A stretch of DNA of 63,666 nucleotides, counting the filler, from Rhabdomonas costata (taxonomy: Eukaryota), in the NCBI GenBank assembly GCA_019059605.1. It is 55 parts of 55 records of this genome, joined end to end, with 100 filler letters (N's around TTAATTAATTAA, not from the genome) between each part and the next. Parts side by side here need not be neighbours in the genome. Positions count along the whole stretch, not along the records: positions 11,601 to 12,660 come from JAHMHO010030809.1; positions 12,761 to 13,820 come from JAHMHO010030810.1; positions 13,921 to 14,980 come from JAHMHO010030811.1; positions 15,081 to 16,140 come from JAHMHO010030812.1; positions 16,241 to 17,299 come from JAHMHO010030813.1; positions 17,400 to 18,459 come from JAHMHO010030814.1; positions 18,560 to 19,618 come from JAHMHO010030815.1; positions 19,719 to 20,778 come from JAHMHO010030816.1; 47 more parts are not named here. One strand, written 5' to 3'. Position 1 is the stretch's first letter; the number at the start of each line of letters is the position of its first letter. Under the pieces are notes generated by a model. The model made no database searches and had not been told where the DNA came from. It saw only the letters and a program-made list of their open reading frames with translations. Shown one piece after another: positions 12,001 to 24,258 of this stretch. A program made the position numbers and the translations under genes.

Positions 12001-13134
12001 CAGTATAATCATAATCGAAGTTTGTTACTACAGCGGCAGTGGAACCATAAATCAAGCTATTACTACATTGCAGATGCTACGCGGTGCTAAGTGATGCTAG
12101 TTCTGAAGGTAGGATGCAAGACACAGTTTTAGCTTTCCAATGTAAGACGCCAAATAAGGTCACATGGCATTTTACAACCTTTTGCTTGAAAATGTGACCC
12201 AAAGCGAGGAGGAATGCGAGTCACAACGATGTGCGCAACTTTGCTGTTGGTGTGTTTGTGTTTGTGGTGCTGGTTCCTGGTGTCATTTTGTGTTGGAGTG
12301 TGGGTGTTGGTGATGCTTCTTTTTTTGGAGACGTTGGGATTGACGTTTGTTGCATTGTATTGTTGACATTGGTTAGGTTTCTTGTGCTGGAATTGGGTTG
12401 TTCTGGCTTTGTGTGCTTAAGCGGTTAGTGCTCTGCGTTGCAGTGGATTTGGTGCTTGTGTTTGCTCTGTTGGGTGTGTGTTTGATGTTGTTGTTGCTTG
12501 TTTCTTGTCTTGTCTTGAAGTGTGGTTTGGTGTCGTGTTCTGTGTTTGCAAATTTGGTGCGCTGGTGTTTGATGTTTTTTGTTGTGCACACAGGCGTGAT
12601 ACTTTTGTATTGTAGTTGTCTTGAAGTTGATTCTATTTCACTTACTATAGTGTTCAAAAANNNNNNNNNNNNNNNNNNNNNNNNNNNNNNNNNNNNNNNN
12701 NNNNTTAATTAATTAANNNNNNNNNNNNNNNNNNNNNNNNNNNNNNNNNNNNNNNNNNNNTTGTGTGTGGTCATCTGCACCTTTGGAGGCATGGGGGGGA
12801 GAGGCGAACATTTACCTGAACACACAAATGCATAAAATGTAAAAAGCAAGCGAGACAAAGAAAGGTGAGCGAGACTAAGGCGGGATCTTAAAAAAAAACG
12901 GAGTAGCGGTGGGAAAATGGCTGACAAAGAGAGGGGGAGGGCCTTGGCCACCATTCCAAGTCAAATGTTCTCGTAGCAGAATGTCAGCACCCAACAATAC
13001 AATACACCCAATACACCCAATACACCCAGCAGACTGCCACGAAAGTCTATTAATGTTCCACAACGAAAGAAGAATGCGGAGAGGAAGAACTGGCAGGACA
13101 CGCTCTGCAGCGCATTCAGAATTGGGCGGCTGAC

Positions 13135-13230
13135 CTTGGCATAGGGTTGCTGCACGGCCACCAAAACGGCAGAGAGCAGCCCGAACACCAGCCCCACCGC
13201 CACAAAGGCAATCTCCGTCACAGTGACCAT
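13135..13230 (-). CDS. Probable first exon of a membrane protein (one hydrophobic helix)
   Basis: ATG...MVTVTEIAFVAVGLVFGLLSAVLVAVQQPYAK, then a |gtcagc donor in phase 0. Confidence 0.35.
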
Positions 13231-14111
13231 TCCAATCCCTATACGGCCGAGCGACCACACACTTACTTCCGTCCCTCCGGAAGCAAACTATTCCCTCCCT
13301 GAAGTTCACGGAGTTCCTGTCCGAGTTAATGCCCAACGAGTCGTCGGAATATGAGCAAAGGAAGGACCTTCTACACCAAAAACAGACACACAGGCACACA
13401 AATACAGACATATTCCTACAAATGAAATTTCGCCCCTCCCACACCCTTGTAGCCACAAGAACAACCGATTGTCAGTGTTCGATTGTGACGGGACGGGGCG
13501 AAACAAAGTTTTCAATAGAAAAGAAAACTTTCTTTTCTTGTCCAGCAAAGTGTTTCACATACGAAACGGAAACGTTCGGGTTGGTGCACAAGCGTTGTCG
13601 TCGAAAACGTCTTCATAGCCAAAAGAACCCACTTTCCACTTTTCACTTTGGAACGGTGACCGGCTCTTGCAACCCTGGAGATAATAGTGCTTGCACGCAG
13701 CTTCCATGATCTGGGAGTCAGCATTCCTAGAATCCGTATTCGCTGCGATCTATCCACCCCCACGAAACAGCAAACTGATTCTGAGCAAACCTACGACAAA
13801 CACACACAACACAAGATCGGNNNNNNNNNNNNNNNNNNNNNNNNNNNNNNNNNNNNNNNNNNNNTTAATTAATTAANNNNNNNNNNNNNNNNNNNNNNNN
13901 NNNNNNNNNNNNNNNNNNNNGGTTGGTGGTGACCGCAGCGGACTGACCCGTGCACGGCAGGGTTCCTAACCAGAGGTACCCTTCGGAGAAAACGGTGCAT
14001 TGTGTGTTTGTGTGTTTGTGTGTGTTCCAAAGTCGAAAAATTTATAGGGAACCTGTGCCAGCAAGAAGGGAAGGCATCGAGGAGTGGGGGAAGCGCATGC
14101 GTCACGCGTGC

Positions 14112-14232
14112 CTGTTCCACAGCAAAGGTCCAGCACCACGGAGGTGGGCGAGAGCTCGCAGGCCTGCCGCAGCGCCGTGAGTAGCGCGGCGTTGGCCGGG
14201 GTGTTCACCTGGAAGAACGACGTCGGACTGAT
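14112..14232 (-). CDS. Exon A of a TRM2/TRMT2A/RlmD-family RNA m5U methyltransferase
   Basis: ISPTSFFQVNT...VVLDLCCGTG contains the FFQVN motif and SAM-binding motif I. Acceptor cactcag|, GC donor |gcacgc, phase 1. Confidence 0.9.
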
Positions 14233-14455
14233 CTGAGTGCGCAGGAGAACAACTTCTGAAAGAACATCAAATTGTGGTTGAACTTTGCGTGAACTTACAC
14301 GCATGACTCGTACACCGGCCTGGACACGTTTCCATGTGCAAATCGGTTCTTCAAATTTGGTCACCTTTTTTTTGAGGCAGGTTTGCGGTTTTTCAGTAAT
14401 ATCCAAAAGATAACCTTTCTGAGGTTTCTGGTATTGATCGGTGGGTGGCTTTTAG

Positions 14456-14589
14456 GAAGCATTGGGCTGAGCCTTGCCCCCCACGTGGCGGAGGTCTTTG
14501 GGGTGGACTGCTGTGGGGAGGCCATCGCTGACGCCACGGCCAACGCCGCGCTAAACGGAATCCCCAACGCCACCTTCCTCTGTGCCAAG
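14456..14589 (+). CDS. Exon B of the same TRM2-family methyltransferase, on the opposite strand to exon A
   Basis: (G)SIGLSLAPHVAEVFGVDCCGEAIADATANAALNGIPNATFLCAK is the sequence that directly follows motif I in this family. Acceptor ttttag|, donor |gtgtcc. Confidence 0.88.
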
Positions 14590-16869
14590 GTGTCCTTGCA
14601 CCACGTCCCTTGTCATGGTCTCTTTGTGTGCTTGGTAAAAATCCGACAGCGTTTTACCACAGTCGCATCCCATCGATGTAAGGTACTCTAGTTTATGTTT
14701 CTTCATGGTGCGGGGTAGGTGACGTCTTCCTTCGATGGGTCAGGCCAGACCAACGCCCCGCAGTAACTGTGCACGGAAAAGTATTTTGATTTCCCAGCTT
14801 GGAGAAAAAGTGGTGGCTCTTCAACGCCAACGTCAAGCGCCACTAAGGCGCTTCGTATTCGTAATGGTGTTATAATAGTATGGCTCTCGTCGGGAAAACA
14901 TTTTTCTCCTCGTCGCCCCTAGTAAGCTTCACGAATAGTACGGTCAGGAGAAAGAAACGCTAAATTGTCAACACCACAAANNNNNNNNNNNNNNNNNNNN
15001 NNNNNNNNNNNNNNNNNNNNNNNNTTAATTAATTAANNNNNNNNNNNNNNNNNNNNNNNNNNNNNNNNNNNNNNNNNNNNCGAAAAGCAACTGGGTGAGA
15101 AGTTAACTGAAAACGAATGGTCAGGAAATGCTCGCAGAGTGGGTGCAAACCTCTGGAGTCTCAAACACTTCCTGCGGGACCACGAAATCAAGGTCCTTTC
15201 AAAAAAAAAAGAGAAGAACACACAAGGATTTCATCCCAGCACCCACCCCTGTCCCTTCATTAAAAGAACTGGGACGGAATTCCCACCCAATCCCACACAT
15301 ATCACACATATCTTCACGGAAAGACCGACAGCATACATCATTTGTCCTTCCCACTGTTGCAGAGAGTGGATGCTGTTGAGATCGCACGGGGAGGAAGCAG
15401 AGGGTTAACAGAGGCCGCTGGACGTCAGCACCGGTGTCACTCGAAGACCCCCTTGCCCCCGGGGGTGTGTCGTGAGGACGACTCCGAGGGAGGCACGGGG
15501 CACGCGATCTCCCCGCGCGGCAGCAGCTGGGCCACCACGCGAAGCCTTGCCGCAGTGGCGAACAGCCCACGGCCCCGGTAACGACCGGAGGTGGGCGAGG
15601 GCTGCATTCCAGTGGGGCTATCGTCGAACTCCTGCACAACAACCTCTGAGTGGGAGGTGGTGGGGCTGCTGGGTGGTACCGGCAGGCAGGCCTGAAGCAT
15701 CGCCGTCACCAGCTCAGCTGCGGGGCACCGGTCGGGGATGAGGCCGTGGTCTTTGGTGAATGCCGAGATGAGGTTTGAGGCAGCCGTGTAATCACCTATA
15801 GAGCCAAAGGGTGGAGTAAAGCGTTTCGATGATATATTTCGTCGGCAACTGCACAACACCACTGACATCATTAGTCGATCTGTCGCGAAAAAGGGTCCCC
15901 GTGCAATTCAGTGCTGGCAACCTGAGCAACTTTGGTAATCATTAGAAATTGAAACCGAATCGGAGACACTGACGATAATTTGATAAACATCGGGCAAAAG
16001 CAAAACCACAAAGAAAGAAAGCGTTCATCCCACACGTGCACCTCGATAGAACGCACTGACGCAGTTCACCCAACTGCTTTGCCGCGGATGGATGATCTCC
16101 TTGCCGCCCTCGTTGTTTGCAAAGGAGTACAGCCACTCTCNNNNNNNNNNNNNNNNNNNNNNNNNNNNNNNNNNNNNNNNNNNNTTAATTAATTAANNNN
16201 NNNNNNNNNNNNNNNNNNNNNNNNNNNNNNNNNNNNNNNNAATCGGCTTTTTCCAGCTAAAAAAAAAGGCAAAATAAAGGGGGGGGAACCGTGTTTATGG
16301 GCCAAAATTGATGAAAAAAATAGCAAATTACAAGTACACCTGGATGAGGGGGTGGTAACGGCACCAAAAAATTACTTGAGGGTTAACCTCGAATTGGGAA
16401 GAGTAAAAGGAGCTCCGGCGACAGAGAAGCAAAAAAGATCTTGAATTATTGACGCCTTTTTACTGTGCGATAGAGCATTTTAAAATCGAGCTTTTTCAGG
16501 TGTTTCTTTGTGTGTGTGTGTGTGTGTGTGCGCGCGCTAACTGCGTCAGAAACCGGCTTCACATTATTATTTGTTCGATGAGTGCCTCCCTGCCATTCCA
16601 TAAGAAAAATACATGCTCGTCGCGCACAAGTGCATCCGCGGCCCAGTGGTACGCGGTGTGTGGTGCGCTAAGAGCTCTCACCGGAGCTCAAGCTTCAGCG
16701 CTTGTGCATCCTGGGTCATCCTGCCCACAGTACTCAATTCGAAAGAAAGACATGAAGCAGCCATGTTCCGCAACTCCTCCAGTCCACCCGCGCAGCTCAT
16801 CAAGAACCACAGCGTATCAGAAATTACAAAGGGTGTGGAGAACACCCGAAGTATAAAAAAAGCACCGCA

Positions 16870-17299
16870 CCCCAGTGAAGTTGATGTGGAACGCAGGGTT
16901 GGCCTGGCTGAACGTCGAGCATAGCAGCTCCGCCAGCACCTGGGCCTGCTGCGTGCCTTGGCCCCCCACCACCGTCGTGCCGCTGCGCAGCAGCCGTCGC
17001 GCCCCACCGCTGCTGTCGTCGGTGCAGGTCAGCGCGTTGGTCAGGCGAACCAGGGAGAACGAGGTGAGGTGCGGGGGCAGTGGGAAGTATCCCAGGGACA
17101 GCGCCGTGGAGGCAGCAGTGGCGCCGACCAGCACCCTGTCGGATTCACACAGTTGGCAACTAAGATGGACGCAGCTGACTTTGCAGCGTCCCCGGCCCCC
17201 GAAAAAAAGCCTGAACATCTTTGCGCTGAACTGGATGCAGAGTGACCCAGTTTCGATGCTCTTCCCAGAATCGCTGGGTCGAGCATACAAACCCACCAC
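16870..17299 (-). CDS. Probable coding exon of unknown product, weakly RNase PH/PNPase-like
   Basis: GC-rich open frame. MFRLFF...CESDRVLVGATAASTALSLG loosely recalls the PNPase segment RPLFP...DPDILAINAASAALSLS. Confidence 0.3.
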
Positions 17300-17599
17300 N
17301 NNNNNNNNNNNNNNNNNNNNNNNNNNNNNNNNNNNNNNNNNNNTTAATTAATTAANNNNNNNNNNNNNNNNNNNNNNNNNNNNNNNNNNNNNNNNNNNNC
17401 CAACCCGATAAAAGAATGCATCGGAATAGGGATGACAGCGGCCGGTTTATCCGAAAGCCGAACACGCATACACACATCCGAATTCGCAAAAAGTGAGAAC
17501 AGAGAAATCGTTTTGCAAACGAAAAAAACGTGTCATACGAGTTGGGCACAAGAAAGGTGGTGAAGTAGTTGGGGACAGAGAAGGTGGTGAAGTAGGGGT

Positions 17600-17792
17600 A
17601 AGAGCTGCCACCAGCCGAAGTGCTCGTGATTATGCTCACGTTCGGGGAGACGAAGAACGCTGGACCCACCACTCCCGCAGAGATGGCCTGGTTCACCGCC
17701 GCCAGCCCGGCGTTGGCCAGAGCGGGTGTGCTGCCCACTACAATGTAAGTGACGATCACGGAGGCACACTCCCATCTCAGAATGATGATGTC
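17600..17792 (-). CDS. Exon of an unknown, probably secreted or surface protein
   Basis: Acceptor ccacag| followed by a GC3-rich frame, DIIILRWECASVIVTYIVVGSTPALANAGLAAVNQAISAG. Confidence 0.4.
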
Positions 17793-20439
17793 CTGTGGTG
17801 GAAGAAAACCAGAGGGTGTGGGACTGCATACATGCCCCGCATATGCAGGCTGCACTTTCCGTCTATGACCCCGCCATAAAGTCAGGGATGACCGGTGCAG
17901 GCATAGAGTGGGCCTATGTTCGTGTTCGTATGGTGTTTTGGTGGTTTCGAAACCCATTCACATTTCACTTCCCTCATAAAGAAAGGCGATGCTCCTAAAC
18001 TGAGACTTTACTAAAATCGTTGTCAACCCAACAAGTGCATTAAGTGGGCGACTGCTGGAAGGTGTTCTTTTGGTATGGAGAGTGTAGTCACGGCAGCGAA
18101 AGAGAGAGCCTTCCCTCTTGCTCGCCCTGCTTGAGTATCTTCACGAGGTTCAGGATAAGACAAAGTCAAGGAGGGACATCAATTGGAATCTGCTGGTTTC
18201 TGCATCACACTCCCTGAGCCTGCTTCGCACCTTGGAAATCTGGAGCCTGTAGAACATGATGAAGCCAGCAGTGTGACAAAGATGGAAACAGGGTGGCACC
18301 GAATAGGCATGAGAAGTTTCCAACCGACACACACCGCAATGGGAATGCCCGTCGCGGTGGACAAGCGCTGCCTGAACTGCAGCGGAGTAATTCCGGTGAC
18401 GCAGTCCTGCAGACAAGTGCACGCACACGTTCAGTCAGATCTCACGATAACAAAAAAAANNNNNNNNNNNNNNNNNNNNNNNNNNNNNNNNNNNNNNNNN
18501 NNNTTAATTAATTAANNNNNNNNNNNNNNNNNNNNNNNNNNNNNNNNNNNNNNNNNNNNGCCTGCGTGTATTCTGAGGGCCCACGCATGCGGGAGATGAT
18601 GGGATGATGCGTCTGGATGATGATAGTGATAATGTGGTGGGGCCCCGAGAGACTTTGCTGGTCATGACTCACTGGGTTCGTCACTCTCTATGGGTTGGTG
18701 GTTCGAACACTAAATTTACTAATTAGGAGGGTAAGCACCTCGTCTCCCAGTTGCATCATTTTCAAAGCATGCCCAAGAAGATTTCTGCAAATCCAAAGGC
18801 GGTGGTATGTTTTCCTTTTCTAGTGCCTTTTTGTTTCACACTCCCATCCCAGCAGCGCGTTTTGCATGCTGCCGCCCCGCTGTTTTGTGGGTGTGTGTTC
18901 CTGTTGCCCACCCAATTATCCCATAAATACAAGCGGTGTCGCTGCTTGCCGTTTTCCACTGCTTCCTTTCTCTCTCTCTTGCTCTCCCTCTTGTAAAGTC
19001 TCTCTTTATGTGGCTGTCTCGGTACCTTGTGCGTCCTTGCTCGCCCCGGTTGGCTCAGCCGAACCTTTCTGAAGCAAGAATAGATGGCACTGTGCCATCA
19101 AAGTACATCGAACGCCATCAAAGCAAATCGTATTGCACCCGGGTGTAGCAAAAAAAAATCGCTTCAGACTCTCGCACTTGCAACTAACAGAACCCAGCCG
19201 AGTGCTTCAATGAAGTTTCAAAGAAGGTGCTTCAATGAAGGTAGTGTCTGGGCACACACGGCGAAGTGTGGGCGTTGTAACCTCTGCACAAACACGCATC
19301 TGGTATACGTTCTAGTATTCACAAGGAAGGGAAGCCGTTGGCCGCAAGTTACCACCACAGAAAGGTCAACAGCGTGGTTTCGAACCTTGCCGTAACCCAG
19401 AAGCAAGGCCGTCCGGGCAAAGGTCGGACCTGGCGTTGGCGTTCGCCATCGTCTCTCAAAAGACGATAGGGAACGCTATCAACATGTTTTTCTTCGCTAT
19501 CGTCTCTTTGTGACCGCTATCACAACAGAAAGGCGATAGCAAGCTCTATCGTCTTTTTCAGTGTAAAAAAACACAAAAAAGAACTGCAAATGCAAGTGCA
19601 AACTGCATTTGCAAAAAANNNNNNNNNNNNNNNNNNNNNNNNNNNNNNNNNNNNNNNNNNNNTTAATTAATTAANNNNNNNNNNNNNNNNNNNNNNNNNN
19701 NNNNNNNNNNNNNNNNNNGTGGGGTTGTGGAGCCCAGGCTCGGACAGCAGGACATAGTTGCGCAGCACCACTAGGACATGATTGAGGCCTTTGGTCAACA
19801 CAGCCTGAGCAAGTACAAAACATCGAGGCACCCTCGCGGAAAGACATCAGGGCGTGCATTACAAGAGTCCCCGGCGTTGACTCAGAGCTTGTGGTCTTCA
19901 GGCACCGGTATAATAACAAATTCGATGATATATCTGATGATCGACTTGGTGTGGGACAGACACTATAAGGTGAACAGCGTGACGTCTGACCCCTAATAAC
20001 GCGCAACGCCCGGGTTACACTGGTCATATGGGTTGCAATGGTTCAGAGCGCTGATTGCAGTGCGCCAAAACAGTGTGTAACGAGACAAAGGTACTCCCCA
20101 GTCACGTGCTGTGTGTATACGCCACAAAGGGCCGAAGACTCCCGGTCAGCTCCCACTGTAATAGGACCCTCCTCCCTTCTTGATGAAAGCACGCGAGGTA
20201 GGACATGGAAACACAGGCCAAAGGAAAGCCACCAGCGTTCTTATTGTCGTCGATGGGAACAACGAACGAACGAAGAGTCAGATCTTCAACCAACAAAGGT
20301 TGACGGCGGACAATTTGGGCGATCGATTCTGAAGAAGGGCACGAAGAGATCCCCCACAAGGACAAAAGTTCACGGGTGGGCAACGAAAAATCTTAGACCA
20401 GATCCACACAAAACAACAAACACCCACACACATACCGCC

Positions 20440-20778
20440 CTACAGCCGGGACTCTGCTCCGCACAGAACAGCAGCACGGTCAGCACGGCCTCCAGCACCG
20501 CGGGAAACAGCACGTACTTCTGCACGGCGTTCAGCAGCACCCCGAGCCCCCCGGCCTGGCCCAGGGCGTGACACACCGCAGGGCTGGTGCTGCAGAGCTC
20601 CGATAGCCGGAAGCACGGTTCGGCCAGCCCATCGCTGTCCGCTGAGTGGTGCACACACTCCAGGGAGCTCTCCACGGAGTCCCGGACGGAGGGGTCCAGC
20701 GCCGGCACGATGCCCCTGGGGAAGGCATCGTAGTCGGGCTGGAACGGGAGGTCAGGCGCCCGTAGCAGCCATACCACC
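20440..20778 (-). CDS. Exon of an armadillo/HEAT-like helical repeat protein (partial)
   Basis: GC3-rich frame. CHALGQAGGLGVLLNAVQKYVLFPAVLEAVLTVL is ARM-like. A splice donor follows. Confidence 0.55.
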
Positions 20779-22727
20779 NNNNNNNNNNNNNNNNNNNNNN
20801 NNNNNNNNNNNNNNNNNNNNNNTTAATTAATTAANNNNNNNNNNNNNNNNNNNNNNNNNNNNNNNNNNNNNNNNNNNNGCTGCGCGGATCCTGCGGAGTC
20901 TGCTCCGTGTGGCAGTGCCTCTTCCCGTGACTTCGGTGTGGTTGGCCCACTTGTGCTGCTGTTTCACTTGAGCTTGTGCGTCCGTTTGCCTTTTTGTTTT
21001 ACGGAGAGAATGCCTCATGACATTTTGGAAAGTATCGGGGGTGTTTTGGCGGGAAGAGGGGTTCGAAAACTGGAGCTTCGAGTGTGGTCGCGGTTTCGGT
21101 GGATCCTCTCCTGCGAATCGCTGTGCTGCACTTCAGCCATCGCAGCATCGCGGCTGCATCAGTAGAGCGACGATGCACAAGTGTGAGCGCGTAAGTTCGG
21201 TTGTCATTCGCCAGGACGTTCCGTTTCAATGCTTCCACGCCGCCTGCAGAGCAGTTCCGGTGCCATTTTGGGGGGTATTGACTCCGCAGGCTTTCAATGC
21301 TTCGCTTTCGTTTTGTTCAGTTTCGGGACCTACCTGTACGCGAGCTGCCCTGCACTCACAATGTGCTAATAACTTGAAACGGAGTGTTTCTTTAGTTGAT
21401 CGTTTGATCGTCTGAACAGCTTTTTAACCTTGTTTATCTTTTGTGCTGAAAATGTTCTCCAATGCATTCGACCAGATTCTCTCGATGGATGCCTTCAAGG
21501 TCAAGTGTGGGACGGGCGTGTGCAAGCGTTCTCAGTACTCAAGCGTTCGGAGTCGTTTGGGGAAAATCATTGATGGATCCTAGAACAGCTTCTCTAACAG
21601 ATCTTAATGATGAAAAAATGCACACCTTCTTAAGGAGGCCAGGCTGCCCTCCCACCCATGTGGCTGCGCTGAAATGGGCCGCAAAATGGAGCAGCGCAGC
21701 TCTTGGCTTAATCCTTTCTCTCAGGAGCGAACAAAGCTGGTCTTACCCGGCAAACGTGGACGAATGGTAGTGTGATGCCAAGACATCAAGCTAATCCTCT
21801 CAGACATAACTTCTGATCCGACGATCGTTGGGCCAATGGCAGCAGTGTTTCAGCATGCCAAGGTACCATCAAGACTCAGACAAATTGGAAAGGTGCGAGG
21901 TGTGGAGCTCGGGATCGATGAGAAACCACCACCCCCCCNNNNNNNNNNNNNNNNNNNNNNNNNNNNNNNNNNNNNNNNNNNNTTAATTAATTAANNNNNN
22001 NNNNNNNNNNNNNNNNNNNNNNNNNNNNNNNNNNNNNNGGGGGGGAGGCTGGGCAAAGGATATTGCTGGGTAACGAGTGTTAAATATAAGGTTGACTTGG
22101 GATATGCACAGTAGATGCGTCCCGGTGTGTTGGAGCAACGCGAGTTGGGAAGGGTGAGAGGTGGTACAGAATGGGGAAGAAGGAAGTGGTGGGAAGTGCG
22201 TCCGGGGTTGTACGGAGATGTGTTGCAGGATGAATTGTGGGCTCCGGTCAGAAGAAGCAATTCACGACTTCGCGTTGGATGGACCGACAAGGGTGTGTCA
22301 CGGAGTCGGAACATATGTAAGCTACCGCGCAGACCCCTCTCTCAATCTAACGTGCAAATAGTTCGTTCTGCCTTCCTGCAAACGATTCAAAAAAACGACG
22401 CCGTTGGAATTGGGATTAGGGTAAGAGCTTGTGCTCACCTGCATTGGTTTTGTACGTTGCTGGAAGAAGAGCGCATGTGTACAATAACAAAGTTTCACAA
22501 TAGCGATAAAAATTGCAGACATAGCACCGAATGATTCCCAATTGGGCCTTTTGGTATTGACGTTCAGCACCAGCGAAGAAAACACGAAACAACCCCACGC
22601 AACTCTTCTCCCCCTAAAAAGCATTCACTTGAACTTGTCAGAACTTTCCTACCAATCTTGAATCAGGCGTCCACCCGGTTCTTTTCACTGCGTGCGGGAT
22701 GCATATTGACATTAGCAGCAGCCGCAC

Positions 22728-23098
22728 CTCCAGCTCGGGGTACTCTCCCCCCTCTTCCCGCAGGACAAACACGAAGTTCTCGTTCCAGATCGGGTTGCGC
22801 AGGGTGGCGTCTGCACATAACAATTCCAATTTCCAAAGAAATCGGAATGAGACCGCCGATGAGACCTCTGATCACTGATGGGTATGGGGAACAGGTCTAC
22901 ACTACTCACCATTTGTGTGTTAACTGGAACAGAGCAAATCGAAACGTTGCGTGGGGGTGGGTGCGGGATGTGAGCCATGCCCTGCACGACGGTTTTGTGC
23001 CTCACCGGGCCCACGGAAAGCTCGGCACGCAGCCTTCGGCTGTCCTCCACCTCGGCACCCCCGACGTCCAGAGCCTCCTTGATGGAGACCAACACCCC
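22728..23098 (-). CDS. C2-domain protein, two exons (22981-23098 and 22728-22810) joined by a GC-AG intron
   Basis: The spliced peptide LVSIKEALDV...VGPVRHKTVVQDATLRNPIWNENFVFVL contains the C2 signature KT...NP.WNE.F.F. Exon phases match. Confidence 0.8.
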
Positions 23099-23870
23099 NN
23101 NNNNNNNNNNNNNNNNNNNNNNNNNNNNNNNNNNNNNNNNNNTTAATTAATTAANNNNNNNNNNNNNNNNNNNNNNNNNNNNNNNNNNNNNNNNNNNNGG
23201 TTTTGTACTTGTAGCCTTTGTAGTCTTTGCAAGCGCTTTTTTGCGCAGCCTCCGCCTTTGGGTGTGCGATGCTAATCTCTTTGTGCTTTGTGAGCGTTTC
23301 GCTCGTCACGATTTGGAATTGTTGTCTGGGCTCTTTTGGGGGTTGCGTGTTGCTTGGTGTGCCGGTTTCGGTACCTCTCTCTTTGTGTTCTCACTGTTTG
23401 TCTTGCTGTCAATTACTGAGTTTCGGTACAGCGCTGAACCTTGCAAACGCAATCGGACATTGTTGGCTTTGCTGTTGCCTGGGCTGTGTGAATTGTAAGG
23501 GCGCCGTTCGAAATTAGTTGTCATGGGTCACAACTCGCTGACAGCGCTCACCAAATGCATTGTTTTATACGGATTTCAGAGAAAGTGCACGAGTCTGACT
23601 GGATTCTTTCGGAGTCCGTGTGCAGTGAGGTCAGGTTTTGACGGTTCCATAGGTATGACCTGCGGGAGTACGACGGAATCAACGAGTGCAAATGCAATGA
23701 CCGCGCGTGAATCGAAACGAAATTCAGCTGGACACGATTATATGTTGAGACCGAACCCAAGATATTTACTCTTTAGTCCCCACTGGCTCGGGCACAACAC
23801 CCCCCCTCTCCCCAGACATTTCTTCTCAGCACACAGAGGCATTACGCAATTTTGTTCTTTGAAAATCGCC

Positions 23871-24258
23871 ATGAGTGCCACCTTTGGTGAAGTAGTTGCC
23901 CAGGGCCACTCCCTCGCCGATGGAAGAGAAGTTCCGTGCAGGATTCAAGCAACTTCTGGGAAGGTCTACGTTGCCCTGAAAAGGAACTTTGTTGGGCAGC
24001 CCGCTGAGTTCGCCTCCGTGGGCACGAAGGTGGAGTTCCGGCCCGAGGAGCGCGAGGAGTCTCACCGAGCGCGGGGCGTTCGTGTTGTTGCTGATGAGTC
24101 AGGCACCGCTCGGCCAACCGAGCCAGCTCAGGAGATCCCTGAGGGCTTCTGGAAAGTCAGCGGCATTCTCATGCCGGAAACTCAGCTGGCGGATAACTAC
24201 GCCAAGAGGCGAGCCAGGCGAGGCCGAGTAGGCATGCTCTGTACCAATCCCCACAAAA
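23871..24258 (+). CDS. N-terminal exon of a protein with a cold-shock/OB-fold-like segment
   Basis: ATG follows a pyrimidine tract and AG. GKVYVALKRNFVG...VGTKVEFRPEE...RARGVRVV resembles the cold-shock beta-strand pattern. Confidence 0.4.
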
